Positions 31,742 to 44,938 of a stretch of 64,000 nucleotides of DNA are shown in pieces. A program made the translations under genes and the position numbers. The notes beneath the pieces are model-generated. The model had not been told where the DNA came from. It saw only the letters and a list, made by a program, of their open reading frames with translations, and made no database searches. Location: the NCBI GenBank assembly GCA_965645245.1, contig OZ287086.1, forward strand, positions 1,054,001 to 1,118,000, in the 5' to 3' direction. Source of the stretch: Massalongia carnosa. Taxonomy: Eukaryota. The first letter of the stretch is position 1; each line of letters opens with the position of its first letter.

Positions 31742-34078
31742 TGTAATACGGATGGCGCTAGAGGGATACGTGATCGCCTAGGGACGCGGGTGACAAAATA
31801 AAATTTACACCAAAATTTCTACCCCGCCAAAATCATCAGACTTTTCATCCATTATTGTAACGTCTATTCAGTTCATTTGATGATGTTTGAATTTCATTTG
31901 CTACAACTAATAACCAGTCATTCCAACTTCATCATCAATCACCGCTTGCAGTCGTTTGGGCATTGTGGCCACCTGTTCGTTGACAAATTGCTGAGAAACA
32001 TGACTCCATCCCTCATAAATCAACTCTTTAGTAGTAGCATCGTCCCGATGAGGATATTTTCGAAGATGTTGTTTGACAGGCTGCCAACAATTCTCAATCG
32101 GAGACAGATCAGGAGATGAAGCACAATTGAAATAACGATTCAAGTCATTTTTCTCCTTCCAGGTGCGTACGATATTCGATTTGCCTGGTCTATGACCTGA
32201 ATCACGATCTTCTTCTAAAACGAACCTCTGACCCGTTTGCAGCCATGGAAGAACAAGCGAATCCAAAATCTGCTCGATGTAGGCCTTTTGACTCATCTTT
32301 CCGTTGGTGTTACCCGAAACATTGTAAAAAAATATATCTGATTTAAAACTGTGTCCCATCGCAGCCCAGAATGATGACGCTTTTTGTCCTTCTCGTCTGG
32401 TTCATTCTCTTCTTGAATACAATTCTGACAATATCTTTCTCCAGGTTTTCGTATGATTCGTAATTTTCCTTGAGGGACCCAGCCGAAATGAACCTCATCG
32501 CTGAATCGTACATGATGCCAATCCTCCGGCTCAGGATAATTCTCAAGCATTACAGTTGCCCAACTGAACTCGATGCGCTGCTGTTTTCTTATTGACCCAG
32601 CCCTTTCTACAAGAAACATACTTATGATAATCAATCGTACCCATCGCTCTTTGAACAATGCGACGTAGCCCAATTGTTCCCAAGTTAAAGCTCGTGCTTC
32701 AATGCCTTCGGTCTCAAGAATACGCTCCATTTCTCGTATTTGTTGAGGTGTTATGATAGATTTTCGACCCCGCTGCTCTGATATATCAGGATTATTATGA
32801 TGTCTTCGTGAAGATTCGCTGCGTAGATATTTGTAGCCTTGTTGTCTTGAAATATTGAACACACGAAAAACGTCTTCCTTATAATAGGATATTTCCATTG
32901 CTTCGCAAAATTCTACAGCTCCTTGAATTTTTGCCTTATTAGGTGTAGGAACTTCGACTCCAGGCCGTGTAATTTCAAGAAGTGGAGTGGTGGATCGATT
33001 CATGATTATTTAATATGATGGTAGATGGAAAGTCTGATGATTTTGGTAGGGTAGAAATTTTGGTGTAAATTTTATTTTGTCACCCGCGTAGGGCGGTTGC
33101 GGGATTAACTAGCATGAGCCAGGCCGTAGTACTTAGTCGCACAGCCGTCGAGGTTGACACGACGCCACCTTACCACACAACTCCGAATTAGTTGTTACTA
33201 CGTTCTAGACTGCTTACAGATCAAACACCTGTCGAGGCCGTAGTGGTAGATTGCTATGGAGTAAGGCGAACTCCTGTGGAGAAGCCGTGAACTCTATATG
33301 GAATCTACTGGCCTACTCGGAGCTACTCGATCTCTTGATGGATCAAGACTTGTAGCAGGAGGCACGGCTAGCTGGACGCAGCTTGAGCTCGGCCTCCCCG
33401 GTGTAAACTTCAGCTTCCAGCTTTATTGCTACGTTGGTAGTGATGTCGGCTCAGTGAACCTACATGACCTTGTGGTCTAGACCTTATGTCTAGAGGCAGG
33501 TCCGCAGTGTAGATAGAGATTTAGTCGGAGGTAACCTTCCATCGCTACGTGGGTAGTGGTGACGGCGAAATGAAGCTATATAGCCTCGGCGTCTAGACTT
33601 TATTTTTAGAGGCAGGCTAGCAATTTAGTGAGGGATCTAGCCGGAGGTAGAAGTGTTCTACCTTGCAAGGGAAGGTCTAGAAGGCTGCACGAGGCTGACT
33701 TGATGATCCAGCGAACGCCGAGTTCGTAGATGGATCCTGAGGGATGGTTAGATGTAAGGCGATAAGGTCAGAAGTAGGTTGCAAGGCTCCTAAGGTTCCA
33801 AGGCTCCCAAGGCTATAGGCTTGGGGTGAGTAGGATAAATACCAGAACGAATCCTGTATTATTCGTTAGCAATTAGTCTTTATTCTATGAAAAACCTACC
33901 TTTGGGTCTCGGACGAGATCTCTTGGTCCAAGCACTTCCACATCCATTAGTTCTTTGGATCATATATACTCTCGGAGACTAGCACCTAGTAGCTATCTTC
34001 CTCCTCTCACGCTGAGCATTTCCCCTTTCGAGATCAGTGTCGCTCGTGATAAGCTTACTGGTCTCGTAGCCCATTACA
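31742..34078 (+). mobile_element. Solo LTR (~1 kb) of the Gypsy family at 2199-5558, containing a Tc1 insertion
   Basis: TGTAAT...ATTACA ends; TSD TCTGA (31737-31741, 34079-34083); homology to 2199-2470 and 5331-5558. Confidence 0.85.
31784..33089 (-). mobile_element. Tc1/mariner-type DNA transposon with frameshifted DD37E transposase (33003-31907)
   Basis: ~65-bp TIRs (acgcgggtgacaaaataaaatttacacc...); FSDE, EEDRDSGH and SPDLSPIENCW motifs. Confidence 0.9.
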
Positions 34079-34096
34079 TCTGAGGTACTGAGGCAA

Positions 34097-34776
34097 CCGG
34101 AAGGTTGCCTCAGTACCTCAGACGTGCCCGGCTAAGCCCCTTCGGGTTAGCCTTACAGAACGTTAAGCCCCTTCGGGTTTACAAGCTGACTACGCAGCAC
34201 ATCTGTAGCAAGTCTGAGCCCAAAACTCAAGATTACGGTCAGATATGGCTTAACGATCATGACATGAACGATTTCGACCTTATAGAACAACGTCACAACT
34301 TCATTGTTTTCATTTTTATAAGGTCGGCGTCGCTTGATATGATCATGATCAATGAATTTTTGATTTTTTCGTTATAAATTTGAATCTTTATTTATGTTTA
34401 TAACGTGCAGAGCAATTTTACATACATCTTGTTATTTTCGTTAAGTCGATTCTCGATTTCTATGCAAAGTGCAGTCAGATTGCCCCACATGAACTTCAGG
34501 AAATTTTCTATACAAATTCTACTCGAATTCTTTCGAAGAAATAGCCCGTGTCAAACGAAAAAGCAAGACGTCAAAATGTCGAAAAATCGCAATAATACAC
34601 GATATATTACGAATATCTGACCGTAATATTTAGTTTTGCGCTCAGACGTGCTATCGCAGTCACATTAGTCAGCTGGGACGCTAATCCGAAGGAACTTAGG
34701 GAAATAGGCTAACCTGGAGGGGCTTAGACGGCTCCTAGAGCCCACGCACGTCTGAGGTACTGAGGCAACCTTCCGG
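34097..34776. mobile_element. Non-autonomous MITE-like element with Academ-family TIRs
   Basis: Perfect 30-bp terminal inverted repeat ccggaaggttgcctcagtacctcagacgtg, extended imperfectly to ~150 bp; AT-rich non-coding interior. Confidence 0.75.
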
Positions 34777-35532
34777 CCCGAATGTTACTCCGTGGGTCCT
34801 TATTCTCATTTGCAAGTTGCCTCAAGGCTCGCCGCTCTCACCCGTTCTGTTCCTCTTCTTTAACGCAAAACCTTTCTATTTATAACTGCTAGGCTTCGAT
34901 CATCTGACCCAGATAGAGTTAGATGATATCACCTGCATCTCCGTACAACGCTTGTAAGGAGATCTATGATCTGACCCATATCGAGGATTGTGTTGGCAGT
35001 GAGAGGATCAAATGCTTTAGAGACCGTGCCAGAACTCCCCTTACCGAGATCTCCTTCTTTCTCTATAACACAATGTACTCGAGCTCATTTGCCCGGAAGA
35101 CATTCATTTCTGTCTCCATCTTAATACCCTTCATGTCCCCCAACTTCTCACTTCGATTTCCCCCCTTCCCACCAAACTGTTCTACCTGTAACTACCAGTC
35201 TCCCCTCTACTATGGTATGAGAATCTTGAAGGAACTATTTGGAAGGGTTCAGGTATGTTGCAATAAATGTAGAATCTGCCGCTTTTATAGAGGGACAATG
35301 CGAGGGCGGCCACTCTCAATCCGGATTTTATTTGTTCTGAGGAACTTCCTACATAGCTACTCGTACCTGTCTCCATGATGACGTCATAGTCCTAATCCCC
35401 CCACCAAGTTGTTTCAAAATTTGTTTCATCTGGTACGCGGATCTGGACTCCAAAAATGGAGCCACAGCCCCCCTAAACATTTTCGCACGATATTCTGTCC
35501 GATTCTCCTCTAGGGAGTACTCCCTTTACTCA

Positions 35533-35735
35533 TGCTCTCTCGAAGACTGCTCCCTCGAAGACTGCTCTCTCGAGGACTACTCTTTCCAAGACTACTATCC
35601 CAAGGACTGCTCTCTCGACTACTACTCTCTTGACGACTGCTCTCTCAACGACTGCTCTCTCCAGGACTACTCTCTCATGGACTGCTCTCTCGACGACTGC
35701 TCTCTTGATGACTGCTCTCTCGACTACTACTCTCT
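35533..35735. repeat. Degenerate 15-bp tandem repeat (tgctctctcgacgac), ~13-14 units
   Basis: Periodicity is directly visible. Confidence 0.85.
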
Positions 35736-36413
35736 TTGCTCTCTCTAGCTCTCACTGCCAGGAGAGGTATTCTAGTAGCCAAGCGAAACGAGGAAAAGTT
35801 TGCTAGGAAAGTTGGTCTTCTGGGCAGTCTCGCCTAGCAAAAAGAAAGATCTAGGAGATGCTGTCTGGGAGAAAATTCCTGGTATAACAGGGATACTGGG
35901 ACAAGTCTCCCAGGAAAAAATGGCTCCTGGGAGAAAGCTCCTAGGACCAAATAACTCCTAGGACAAGGCTCCCGGGACCGGACATTTCCTGGGAGAAAGG
36001 CTCTAAGCCCAAATATTTCCTAGGACAATCCTCGTAGGACAGAATAGCTCCTCGGACGAAGTTCCTGAGAGGTGCTATTCTTTTGGGGCTGACCAGTGTT
36101 TGGCATGCTGAGTCAGTACAGTTCCCGCGGAGACTCAACCGCCTGGTAGAAAATCCGCACTCCACGAGTTTCTGCATCGTGTAAAAAACGTTACAATGCT
36201 TAAGGCTCTAGCGCATTTCCAAATATCTGAGACGCAAGCTTCCACTGTTCCTTCTTTATGAACATTTATTTCCCCCCTTCGCTGTAGGCATCTTACAGCG
36301 ATTTCCAGCGCGGTAAAATGAATCGGCGAAAGTATTAACGATGGCAGGACAGTATACTATCTTTGACAATGGCATGCATCCCTCACGAGTCTCCGTAAAT
36401 TATCTGGATTTCC

Positions 36414-36723
36414 TATGTCCTTGGGATGTCCCAGAAAGTTGGGCATCCACGTCTGTGTCACTGGGATGGCCACCGAAAGTGGGGACGCCCTCCAACGTGG
36501 GAAATCCCTGAATATTGGGGATGTCCCTCGCATTTGGGGATGTCCCTCTCACTTGGGGATGTCCCTAGAATGTGGGGATATCCCCGAAAAATTGGGATAT
36601 CCCTCGCATTCGGGGACGTCCCTCTCGCTTGGGGATGTCCCTAGAACGTGGGGATATCCCCGAAAAATGGGGATATCCCTCTCGCTTGGGGATGTCCCTA
36701 GAATGAGCACTTGGGAATATCCC
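36414..36723. repeat. Array of ~20-bp spaced quasi-palindromic units (ggggatgtccc/gggatatccc)
   Basis: More than a dozen copies of the core motif in ~300 bp. Confidence 0.8.
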
Positions 36724-37138
36724 TCAAATCCCTGAGTGTTGTTCAGTTGGTGGCATCAAATATGGATGCTATTGGAGAAGACTAATTTTAGATATTTTTA
36801 GTTTACAACAACAAAAATATATGGTAATTACGACTCAAAAATGAATACCTTTAGAGAGGGCCAGTTTTGGATATATGCAGTGGACAATGGCAAATTTGGC
36901 AGAGCCAATCATTATATTTCATACTTTGTCTATTAATAACAGTCTGGCAGGCGGATACTAATGACAGAAATATCAATTTTAGATTCGCGTCTTCTAGACA
37001 AGACTAGCGCCATTGCTCCATCGTTCCCTAGCGCTAAGAATCGGAGTGATGCATGTCGAGCGCCCAGCTTATTCATAGAAATTGAATGGGTATATAGTCT
37101 CCTCCCAGGGCCTTCAATGCTCACGAAATCTGGCGACC

Positions 37139-38493
37139 ATGAAGAGGAAGGCGAGTTTTAATGCCTTAGAAGACGACTTCCGTGTAGAGATGTCTCAAGA
37201 TGGAGAAATCTTCCGTCAGATTCGAATCGCAAATCTAGAGCAGGATGAAGCCTCAAAAGTAAGATGGCTTGCAAAGCTTTCCGAGGTCAAGAGGAACCGT
37301 GTATTGAGCTTGGAGAATATGGCCGAGATGCAGTAATTCCGAAGGGCTCTGGATAGCTTGCTGCCTTTCCAAGGCCTCTGGCCAGATTTCCAGGTTGGCA
37401 CGCTAACCCGGATACTGTCGTTGCGATGTCCCGAAGTATGTAACCTTATCATGCAACAGAATGCCGTGTCACTTACAATACTTACTGGAACTGACGCGAT
37501 ATTTGCATCGCACTAAAGCCACGTGGGATATTATCGTCTGCGACATAGGTGCTTGTGTTGATGTTGACACGGTCAAATCGCTTCAGGGGCTTTATCCGTT
37601 CCGATCGATCGAAGATCGCTTGCAAGTCGAAGAGCGCATCAACGCCAGCATAATCCTTCTCGAAATCATATCACAACCGCAACGGACGCAATTGTTGGCA
37701 CGAATCTCGTCGATTCCCTACATCATACCTTCGCTCCACACGTTCCTCGAAGATACGAAATACCTCGAACCTTGTTGCAAAATCTTAAGAGAAATCCTTC
37801 CCCCAAGTTCCAAAGGTACCATTTTCCAGAGATTCCGCAGAATCCATAACCGGCAACTCCATATCAAGATTCAGTTGACCGAACTGACCAGCGAGGAACG
37901 ACTCGAGCAAACCAGCACTATCGCCCAATGGAAAGGCTTATCGACAGCTTTGGCTCTTTACCTTTCGCAATTTCCCATAAATGACGGCAGTCACACCTCG
38001 AAAAGATCCTGGCAAGCCGAAACCGTCCCAAGAATGGAATCCACAGGGACGGTGGTTCGAGCTTGCCCAATTGGCATCCGACTGCGGTTATAGCGGGGTT
38101 CGTAAGCCCTACCCGACGGCGCGGGCCGCTGATGCTCGAACCGTGGAAGATTTTGTGCGTCAAGTACGACCACGCGGGATCTACGAAATCTCAGGTTCCA
38201 ACCTGCAGGATAAAGTCCAGTCGATATGCAGAAGCCTTGATGAGATCAGATCACAAGAGATCACCGCCGATACACCCCAGCTATCCTCAAATCACCGAGA
38301 TCACGATTTGGATATCTCTCATCGATGCGGGAGACCCTTCATGCAGTCCTTTCACGATGTTAAGATCCTACTTTTCCTTGGTCAAGTCTATGATATTTAT
38401 TATACGCACCGTCCGAATCGCTATCTTACCTCCTTTGCAGTGAAGATAGATGTCTTTCATAGGTTTTTTTGGTATATTAAGCCCAGATCCTAG
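37139..38493 (+). pseudogene. DUF3723-like protein, 5'-truncated and disrupted
   Basis: DGEIFRQIR, LDSLLPFQGLW, LSLRCPE-intron-ELTRYL, VDVDTVKSLQ, IPSLHTFLEDTKYLEPC and RCGRP motifs. In-frame stop at ~37334, lost splice acceptor and frameshifts. Confidence 0.75.
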
Positions 38494-38972
38494 CTTTCAT
38501 ATCCAGGATAGTAGCGACGATGAAGTTTTTTATGACACAGAAATTTAGCGTGCCGGAATCATATCGGATAGCAGCGGCCTTCTGCTTCTTTATTTAGTTC
38601 GTGGCATCAAATATGGATGCTCATGGAGAAAATCAATTTTGGTTATTTTTAATTTACAGCACCAAAAATGGATGCTAATTTACGACGTCAAAAATGGATA
38701 CTTTGGGAAAGGCCAATTTTGGATTTATGCCGTAGATATAACAACTGAGGCGGAGCTCGTAGCACAATATTTATATTTAATAAGTTACTTTGTCTGGCTA
38801 CTGGGTAGAGCAGTTATATATAGCCTTTAGACAAAAGTTTGTCAAGTCAAACCCCGCTTTTTAACCCGCAATATCAAAACCACGATATTAATTGCAAAAA
38901 ATATTATTATTTATTATGTTATGGGGGCATTCTTATATTATATAGATAGCTTATCTACGCCCAAAATATTAT

Positions 38973-39312
38973 TTAAAACCTCGTATACCACCCATCTGCT
39001 TCAATAACCGCATTCATCCTCGTAGTCATCGAATCTAATAGATTATATTGTAAATCCACCTCCAAATGCTCCCAGGCTTATTGTAAGGCCGGAATCATTA
39101 CTATTTTAACTGCAACGTAGTCTCCATGCATCAATTTGAGCTCTGGATGAAGCTGATGCACCAATTGTTTTAACCGGAACCATAGTTGCTCAATCGGATT
39201 CAAATCCGGACTATAAGGTGGCCATTCAAGCACCTTAACCCCGTTTTCAATAAATCATTCTTTGGTTTTCTTTGCCGTATGGATTCGGGCGTTGTCCTGC
39301 ATGAATACTCGT
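38973..39312 (-). pseudogene. Tc1 (DD34E) transposase C-terminal remnant
   Basis: Manual translation [45 protein letters not shown] with internal stops. Confidence 0.85.
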
Positions 39313-39862
39313 ATAAGCAGTCACCTCCGTAGTAATTTCAACATTATGCCGTCAACTATTATTTAACAGAGCTCACCATGGCGGTTCCATTCAAACAGGG
39401 AGAAAACCCAAGGCCGATAACGAGATGAATTCCCCAGCGAAGGGGAAGCGTCATTGGGAGACTCATGGCTTCCCGAAAATGATCTGTCGAGTATCTCTCT
39501 CTCGACGAGGGGCCATAAGGAGAAAGGAGGGGAAGCTTGAGTAACGAAGGCGAGAATGCTGCATTATTGGTCACAGCGATTCAAGATTATCGGTGATGCA
39601 GCTAGTCATTTAATCTTTACCCTGTTCCCTGGTTTTGATATTGAAGCTATGGATCTATCTTCACCATTACTCATGAACAGTCTTGAAGTCCAGATTCACG
39701 CAGAAATCTAACGGAGATTTGTATCGAGAAGGTGCACTAAAAGAAAAATTCAAAGGTGGGAACTCTTCAAAGAACAGTCTCGTTGATATAAAACAGTTCG
39801 AACGACCCATCAGCTCCGTCACAACAGGATAATGTGAACCCGTTTGAGCATTTACTTAACAT

Positions 39863-41050
39863 ATGAGTCATACAACCTTTGGTGGAATTGGGGGAAATGA
39901 CAAGCAGGAGAATACTTTGAAATGTCGGCTTTCCATCTCTAGACAAAACTTTCGCGAGGATATATTTGAGTTCCCGCTCCCCAGGAATAACGTAGAAACG
40001 CCAGCGGGTACCGCTCGGCATGAAGGTAATTCTTATCTACACCAAGGGATCAATTACAAGGGAAACTATCAGGCAACCGGCAATAGGAATACAGATTCTC
40101 TTCAGACCACCGCCATAAAAAATACGATATTCCAGGAGCTAGCATCAATCCCATTCGAGCAGTCCAGGCCCCATCACGAAGGAAATAGTGATCTTAAGCA
40201 TGTTATTCCCATAGAAATGAACGCGCTAGATGTCGAGCCCGTCAGCAATCTTGGCTCACGAAGACGTCTGGAAGCAGCTTAACTCTCCCGGCCCAACCAA
40301 GGTTGAGGGCATCAGCATTGATAACGCCGAGCTTGTCGTCACGGCTGAGAAATCTCTGGTCGCTTATTCTTACTTGGGCTACACTGCATTTGACGTACGA
40401 GCCCTCCCAATGCAGCTATTTTCCATTGGCACCACTGCTGTTCTAGAAAAGCTATTGAGACTCCCAGATGAATTCGTATTGAAAGGCAGCTCCTTCTTTT
40501 TTGGCATGATACTCGTTGAGCTCTATACACTGCAGTCGCCGTCAATCCCGGGTGTTCACCAGCGTGTCACTATTCCTGGTGATCATTCACTGGGGAAGCT
40601 AATACCTTCGATGGCGAGCTCACCCATCGATGTTTCGGGGCTTATAAGTACTGATCCCGACTGTCTGGAGCATGTGCCAACACCGACTGAACTCAAGCTG
40701 CACGGTAAGCTAGAGGTCAATATCAATATTTTTGGAGATCTAGACATTACACATCTGGGACTTGAGATTATGGAAGTTGTGTTAGCCTGGAGGATGGATA
40801 TGACTATCCGTATAGATTTGTCGGACGAGGAAGAGTGTCGGATATGCCAGCGCGCTGGTATTTGAGGAAGCATCAAACTACATACAGGTTCTGGTGTTTC
40901 CAGAGTGCGAGATCTGGAAGAAGATGTCGTGGGTGTCAATGTAAACCTGTCCAGTTAGAAGCCTTCTGGGTTGATATCAACGTCGTCAGTGTTACCCTTG
41001 AACTTCAAGCCACCCTCGACATCGTCAATACTTACATCTTCGTTTTGTGA
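39863..41050 (+). pseudogene. Fragmented unknown gene (beta-strand-rich)
   Basis: Consecutive overlapping + strand ORFs (139, 211, 71 aa) with protein-like composition; family not recognised. Confidence 0.3.
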
Positions 41051-44000
41051 TATTGAGTACTAGAGTTCTTTTGCCGTGTTAAATTTGATCGAGTTGCAAA
41101 TAAGAATTATAAAAAAAAAGAGAGGAAAATATATTGAAAGAGGATTCTTGTTTTATTCGTTTATGCGGGTCGATGTTTGTAGATAATCGGATCTGCTTTA
41201 TCTCGTGAAACGTCTTCAAATAATTATAAGCAGATAATTGATCAATTGATTGTTTGTGATGTCTTATGCATGGATCTAAAAATGGACAAAATCAGTATTA
41301 TAAGAGTCATTGCAAATAGGAGGAGTTGAGGTAGTCTCAACTCCTATATAATAGCTGTATCTTCTCTCTGTAAATTAGCTAGTCAGTTATTACATAGTTT
41401 ATCACTTCAAGCCTATTTCCAGTCTGTCTCTCACCTTATTTACTGCGTGGAGAGTCTTAGAGAAAGCTGGTTAATCATTTCAGAACCCAATCTAACCAAC
41501 AGCTGACAAGTCCCGGATATCATTCCGTAAATGCATCGATGACCGCGCAAAAATTGTTTGTAAGAGCAGGATCTGCCGCAAGTTCTAGTTTTTGATGACG
41601 ATGACTTCAGCGAGGCATGAGCAGCGGCAGCGGACCTTTGCGATCGATACCCGAATCTCTATTGCTATGTCAAGTATAAGAGTCTCAATTGTGATCTTGA
41701 ATGTGGCGTTGAAGCTTGATCCCCTAGCGCTTGCCAGCAGGTGTATAAATTATTCATTCAATTTCAGTTCTAGGTTTTAGTGACGAGGTTCGTCCGCGAG
41801 TAGGCAACATAGGATACTCGCGCGAGCGCTTCAAGTTCGAGAATGATAGAAATCGTTTGATTCCTTTGAGGATATTAAACTAACGTTCTTAATTTGATTT
41901 CAGGTGATGCTCCGTTCAATAGCGATGATCATGATGGTTGTTGACATGAGATGAAGCGTAGATTAAAGGACACCCAAACCAAACGACCCTTTAGTCGCTT
42001 GACTTGGCCGCGCCAAATCTCTGTATCTCGTCAATTTATCTGTATCAAATGTGTGGACTCTGTCGAGGAGTCCTGGATACCTTTATGGTGAGCTTTGTAA
42101 GCTCACCTCCGACTGCTTCAACGGCAAAGAGCGGAGATTCCAGGCCGTCCAGATACCTAAGAGAGACCAGATCAAGAATATGCAAGGTTAAAAACTCGGA
42201 ATTCCTTATTGTCTAGCGGGACCTAAGTAAATCCGAACCAAAGGCCTTGCAATCGGTATCTACGGTGCTGATATCTTGAACTCGGACAGCCCAAACCCCG
42301 AATCTCGGAGCACGGAATGGCGCACATGAGTAGAGACGCGAGCATCATATAGCCGCGCTGCCTGCCGTCGCTGCCACCGCTGCCTGGATTCCACCGTAAA
42401 CCACGGCGCCTTAAAGCCAGCTTGATGATATAGTAATAATGAAAAACGAGCAGAAGGATGATGTAGCTAAGCCAGCTTTTTACCTGTAGCTTGGAGGGTG
42501 AAGGCGAGAACGGAGGCGACAGCGAAGAGAATAATCGAGAATACCAGGTTTGCGGATTCGCCTGGGGCTAGCTTAGACAATCCCGAATAAAACTGTCGTG
42601 ATGGAGCTATAAAGAGAAGCTGTGCGGTCGCTAATTCTGGCCGTTCCAGATCAAAAGGTTTGCGGTTATCTGTTTTGTTAAATATGTTGATGCCTAACTT
42701 TTTATAATTTATATCATGATCTGATCATGGAATTACGGGGAAATATATCGACGGAGGAGATCCCGAAGTAGGCTAACACTTAATGATTGACTACAAGCAG
42801 GAAGCTCGTCATCAGGGGAAGGATAGATGGTATCAAGCGCAAGATAGAGTATAACTATGAAAAAGATTCCAAAGGACCGGAATTGAACGTTGAGGCGGTA
42901 AAGAGAAAAATTTGTGTGCTATACTTTCATCCAGCTTTGAAACATCATCACAACTGAATGACGGTGCAAGGCTGAAACGTCTTTCAATGATGTTGCAAGT
43001 AAAAACCTACCCGTTAAATCCACGAGAACCCGCACATACGTTTTTTATCTATCGACTCGAGTCTCACAAATGGGGGGAAAGAAGACGAACGCTTGATTCG
43101 CGGGGGCTATAAAGAGCACTGAACCACAAATATTTTATAGGTGAAAAACCGGGCTGCAGCGTCATATGAGAAGACTGATGACTAAATTCTCTCAGCTGAC
43201 GAAATCGATATTTATGGTTCTAATGTTTGTTCATGATCATGAACTAGGATAGGAATAACTCGATAGCGATAAAGCAGCAAATACTATCCCTAGCTCCTTT
43301 TTACAAACGAGGCCGTTACAACAGTGAAAGTAGATCGATAACCTTTGATCAAACCGTTCCTTTTCCGATTTTTGCTTAATTGTTCTCCACGTTGCAAGTC
43401 TCGTCATAGACTTGTACTCATCTCGTTTGTCATCTAGTAAAGTAAGGCTTCAAGTTCCCTTGAGTCTTCCAAAGTAAAATCGTTGGCGAAATCGGCTGTT
43501 ATTGCTTCCTATATAGGGATAATGCAAATTTCGTCCAAAACATGCAGCCTCCTGCGTCTCCGGATTGTGATGCTCTTCTCAATCAATTGTTTTGCACAAG
43601 TTCCTTATGATCTGCAGGTCCCTGGACAAACAAGCAAGTGGTGCAGCACTTGCAATGAGATCATCAACGGAGGCGGACTTGTCTATAAACCTGAACCGGG
43701 GAGAGAAGTTTAATTGTTCTTAGGCTTTGTGATTTAGGCGTACCATTTCGTCAGCCGCATCATAAGAGGGAGAGTACTCGTAAGAGCAATTCGACACAGC
43801 TCATTCGCATCCTTTTCTTGTTGAAATAGGTATATGACTATATGGCTATGTAATAAATAACAATGTGTATGACACTGATGTATAAGATGAAGAGTTGCTA
43901 TGAAGCAGTCTTCTCCTTTTAAGTGGTCACCCTCTACTAAGCGAAGTGATAATAGTTTATCCGAGCCTAGGTTGCTTAAGACACCGCTTAAGTAACCGAT

Positions 44001-44938
44001 ACGGTTAGACTGGAACTGATCTAACCTAATCTGTTGTGCTGGTAGAAGTTAAACATTCATACTGCGGCGGTGCCTTCGTTATCTCGTCGTCAAACTACAA
44101 CTGTTTTTATTATAATCTGTTTCGCCGTCAAACTACAACTGTTTTTATTATTATTTGTTTCGCGTCTTCTAAAAACCAGCCGCCTTTCGTACTTATATGA
44201 ACACGTGTATTACAGCTTTCATGCGATTCAACTGTTAATGGTAGCTCAGTATATTGTAAACTTGATCTAACTCGGCCATTAGCTTTTGTAAATCGTATAT
44301 CATGATATTAGCTGATGAATATTTATCTCAAAGAATTGTCCTGCTTTCACATCTTTAGAAAGAGCCATGTCAGTTCTCCGCTGATAGAATCGTTGTGTAC
44401 ATCGAGATTCTAATGTCAATGATCGATACATCCCGTCCTCCACTCAAATACAATTGGCTAGAAGGACGAAAAATAGGTGATGCGTAACTAACAACATAAT
44501 ACAGAGTACTCTGTATCTCTGTACGGAGATTTCGATTTCGACTTCGATTTGGATTGTCCAAGCACTAAGATAAGATAAGATAAGATAAAGAGACCATCGA
44601 CTTATCATCCTCGTACTAGTACACTGCAGGGGTTCTCTTCTCTGCAGAATTCACTTGTTTATATACTTCATCCAGCAGCATTCGGACAATGTAGAATTCG
44701 TTCGGATCGAGTCGCATGGAGTGGTTTTAATGAGTCAAAAGTTCAAAGATCAAGTAGGAAATAGTTCAAGACAGTACAGAAGTACATCTCAGGCCGCCAT
44801 CGCGATGCGTCTTCATCAGTCTCGTGAATAAACCACAACCGCACTTGTCATGACGTCTTCTCTGCTTCTCCTCTAGGATTCATAGGCGACGAGAGGCAAG
44901 ATTTGAACCCTTGGCGAATCCGCTACACATTTCATGTC

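Larger units (their letters stand above)
19793..34104 (+). mobile_element. AcademH-like DNA transposon (transposase + convergent RecQ helicase) with nested insertions
   Basis: Imperfect TIRs of ~125 bp: 19793-19918 vs 31623-31741 continued at 34084-34104 after an LTR insertion. Tail-to-tail transposase and SF2 helicase. No TSD found; exact ends uncertain. Confidence 0.8.

Noticed and set aside
36415..36735. 106-aa repeat ORF (LGDVPR...)
   Set aside because: Explained by the palindromic DNA repeat; no coding evidence.
41250..41501. Possible Copia-like solo LTR (TATA-like motif, ends ...ccaaca)
   Set aside because: No TSD or second copy identifiable.
41500..44300. Scattered short ORFs
   Set aside because: No motif recognised; probably decayed sequence.
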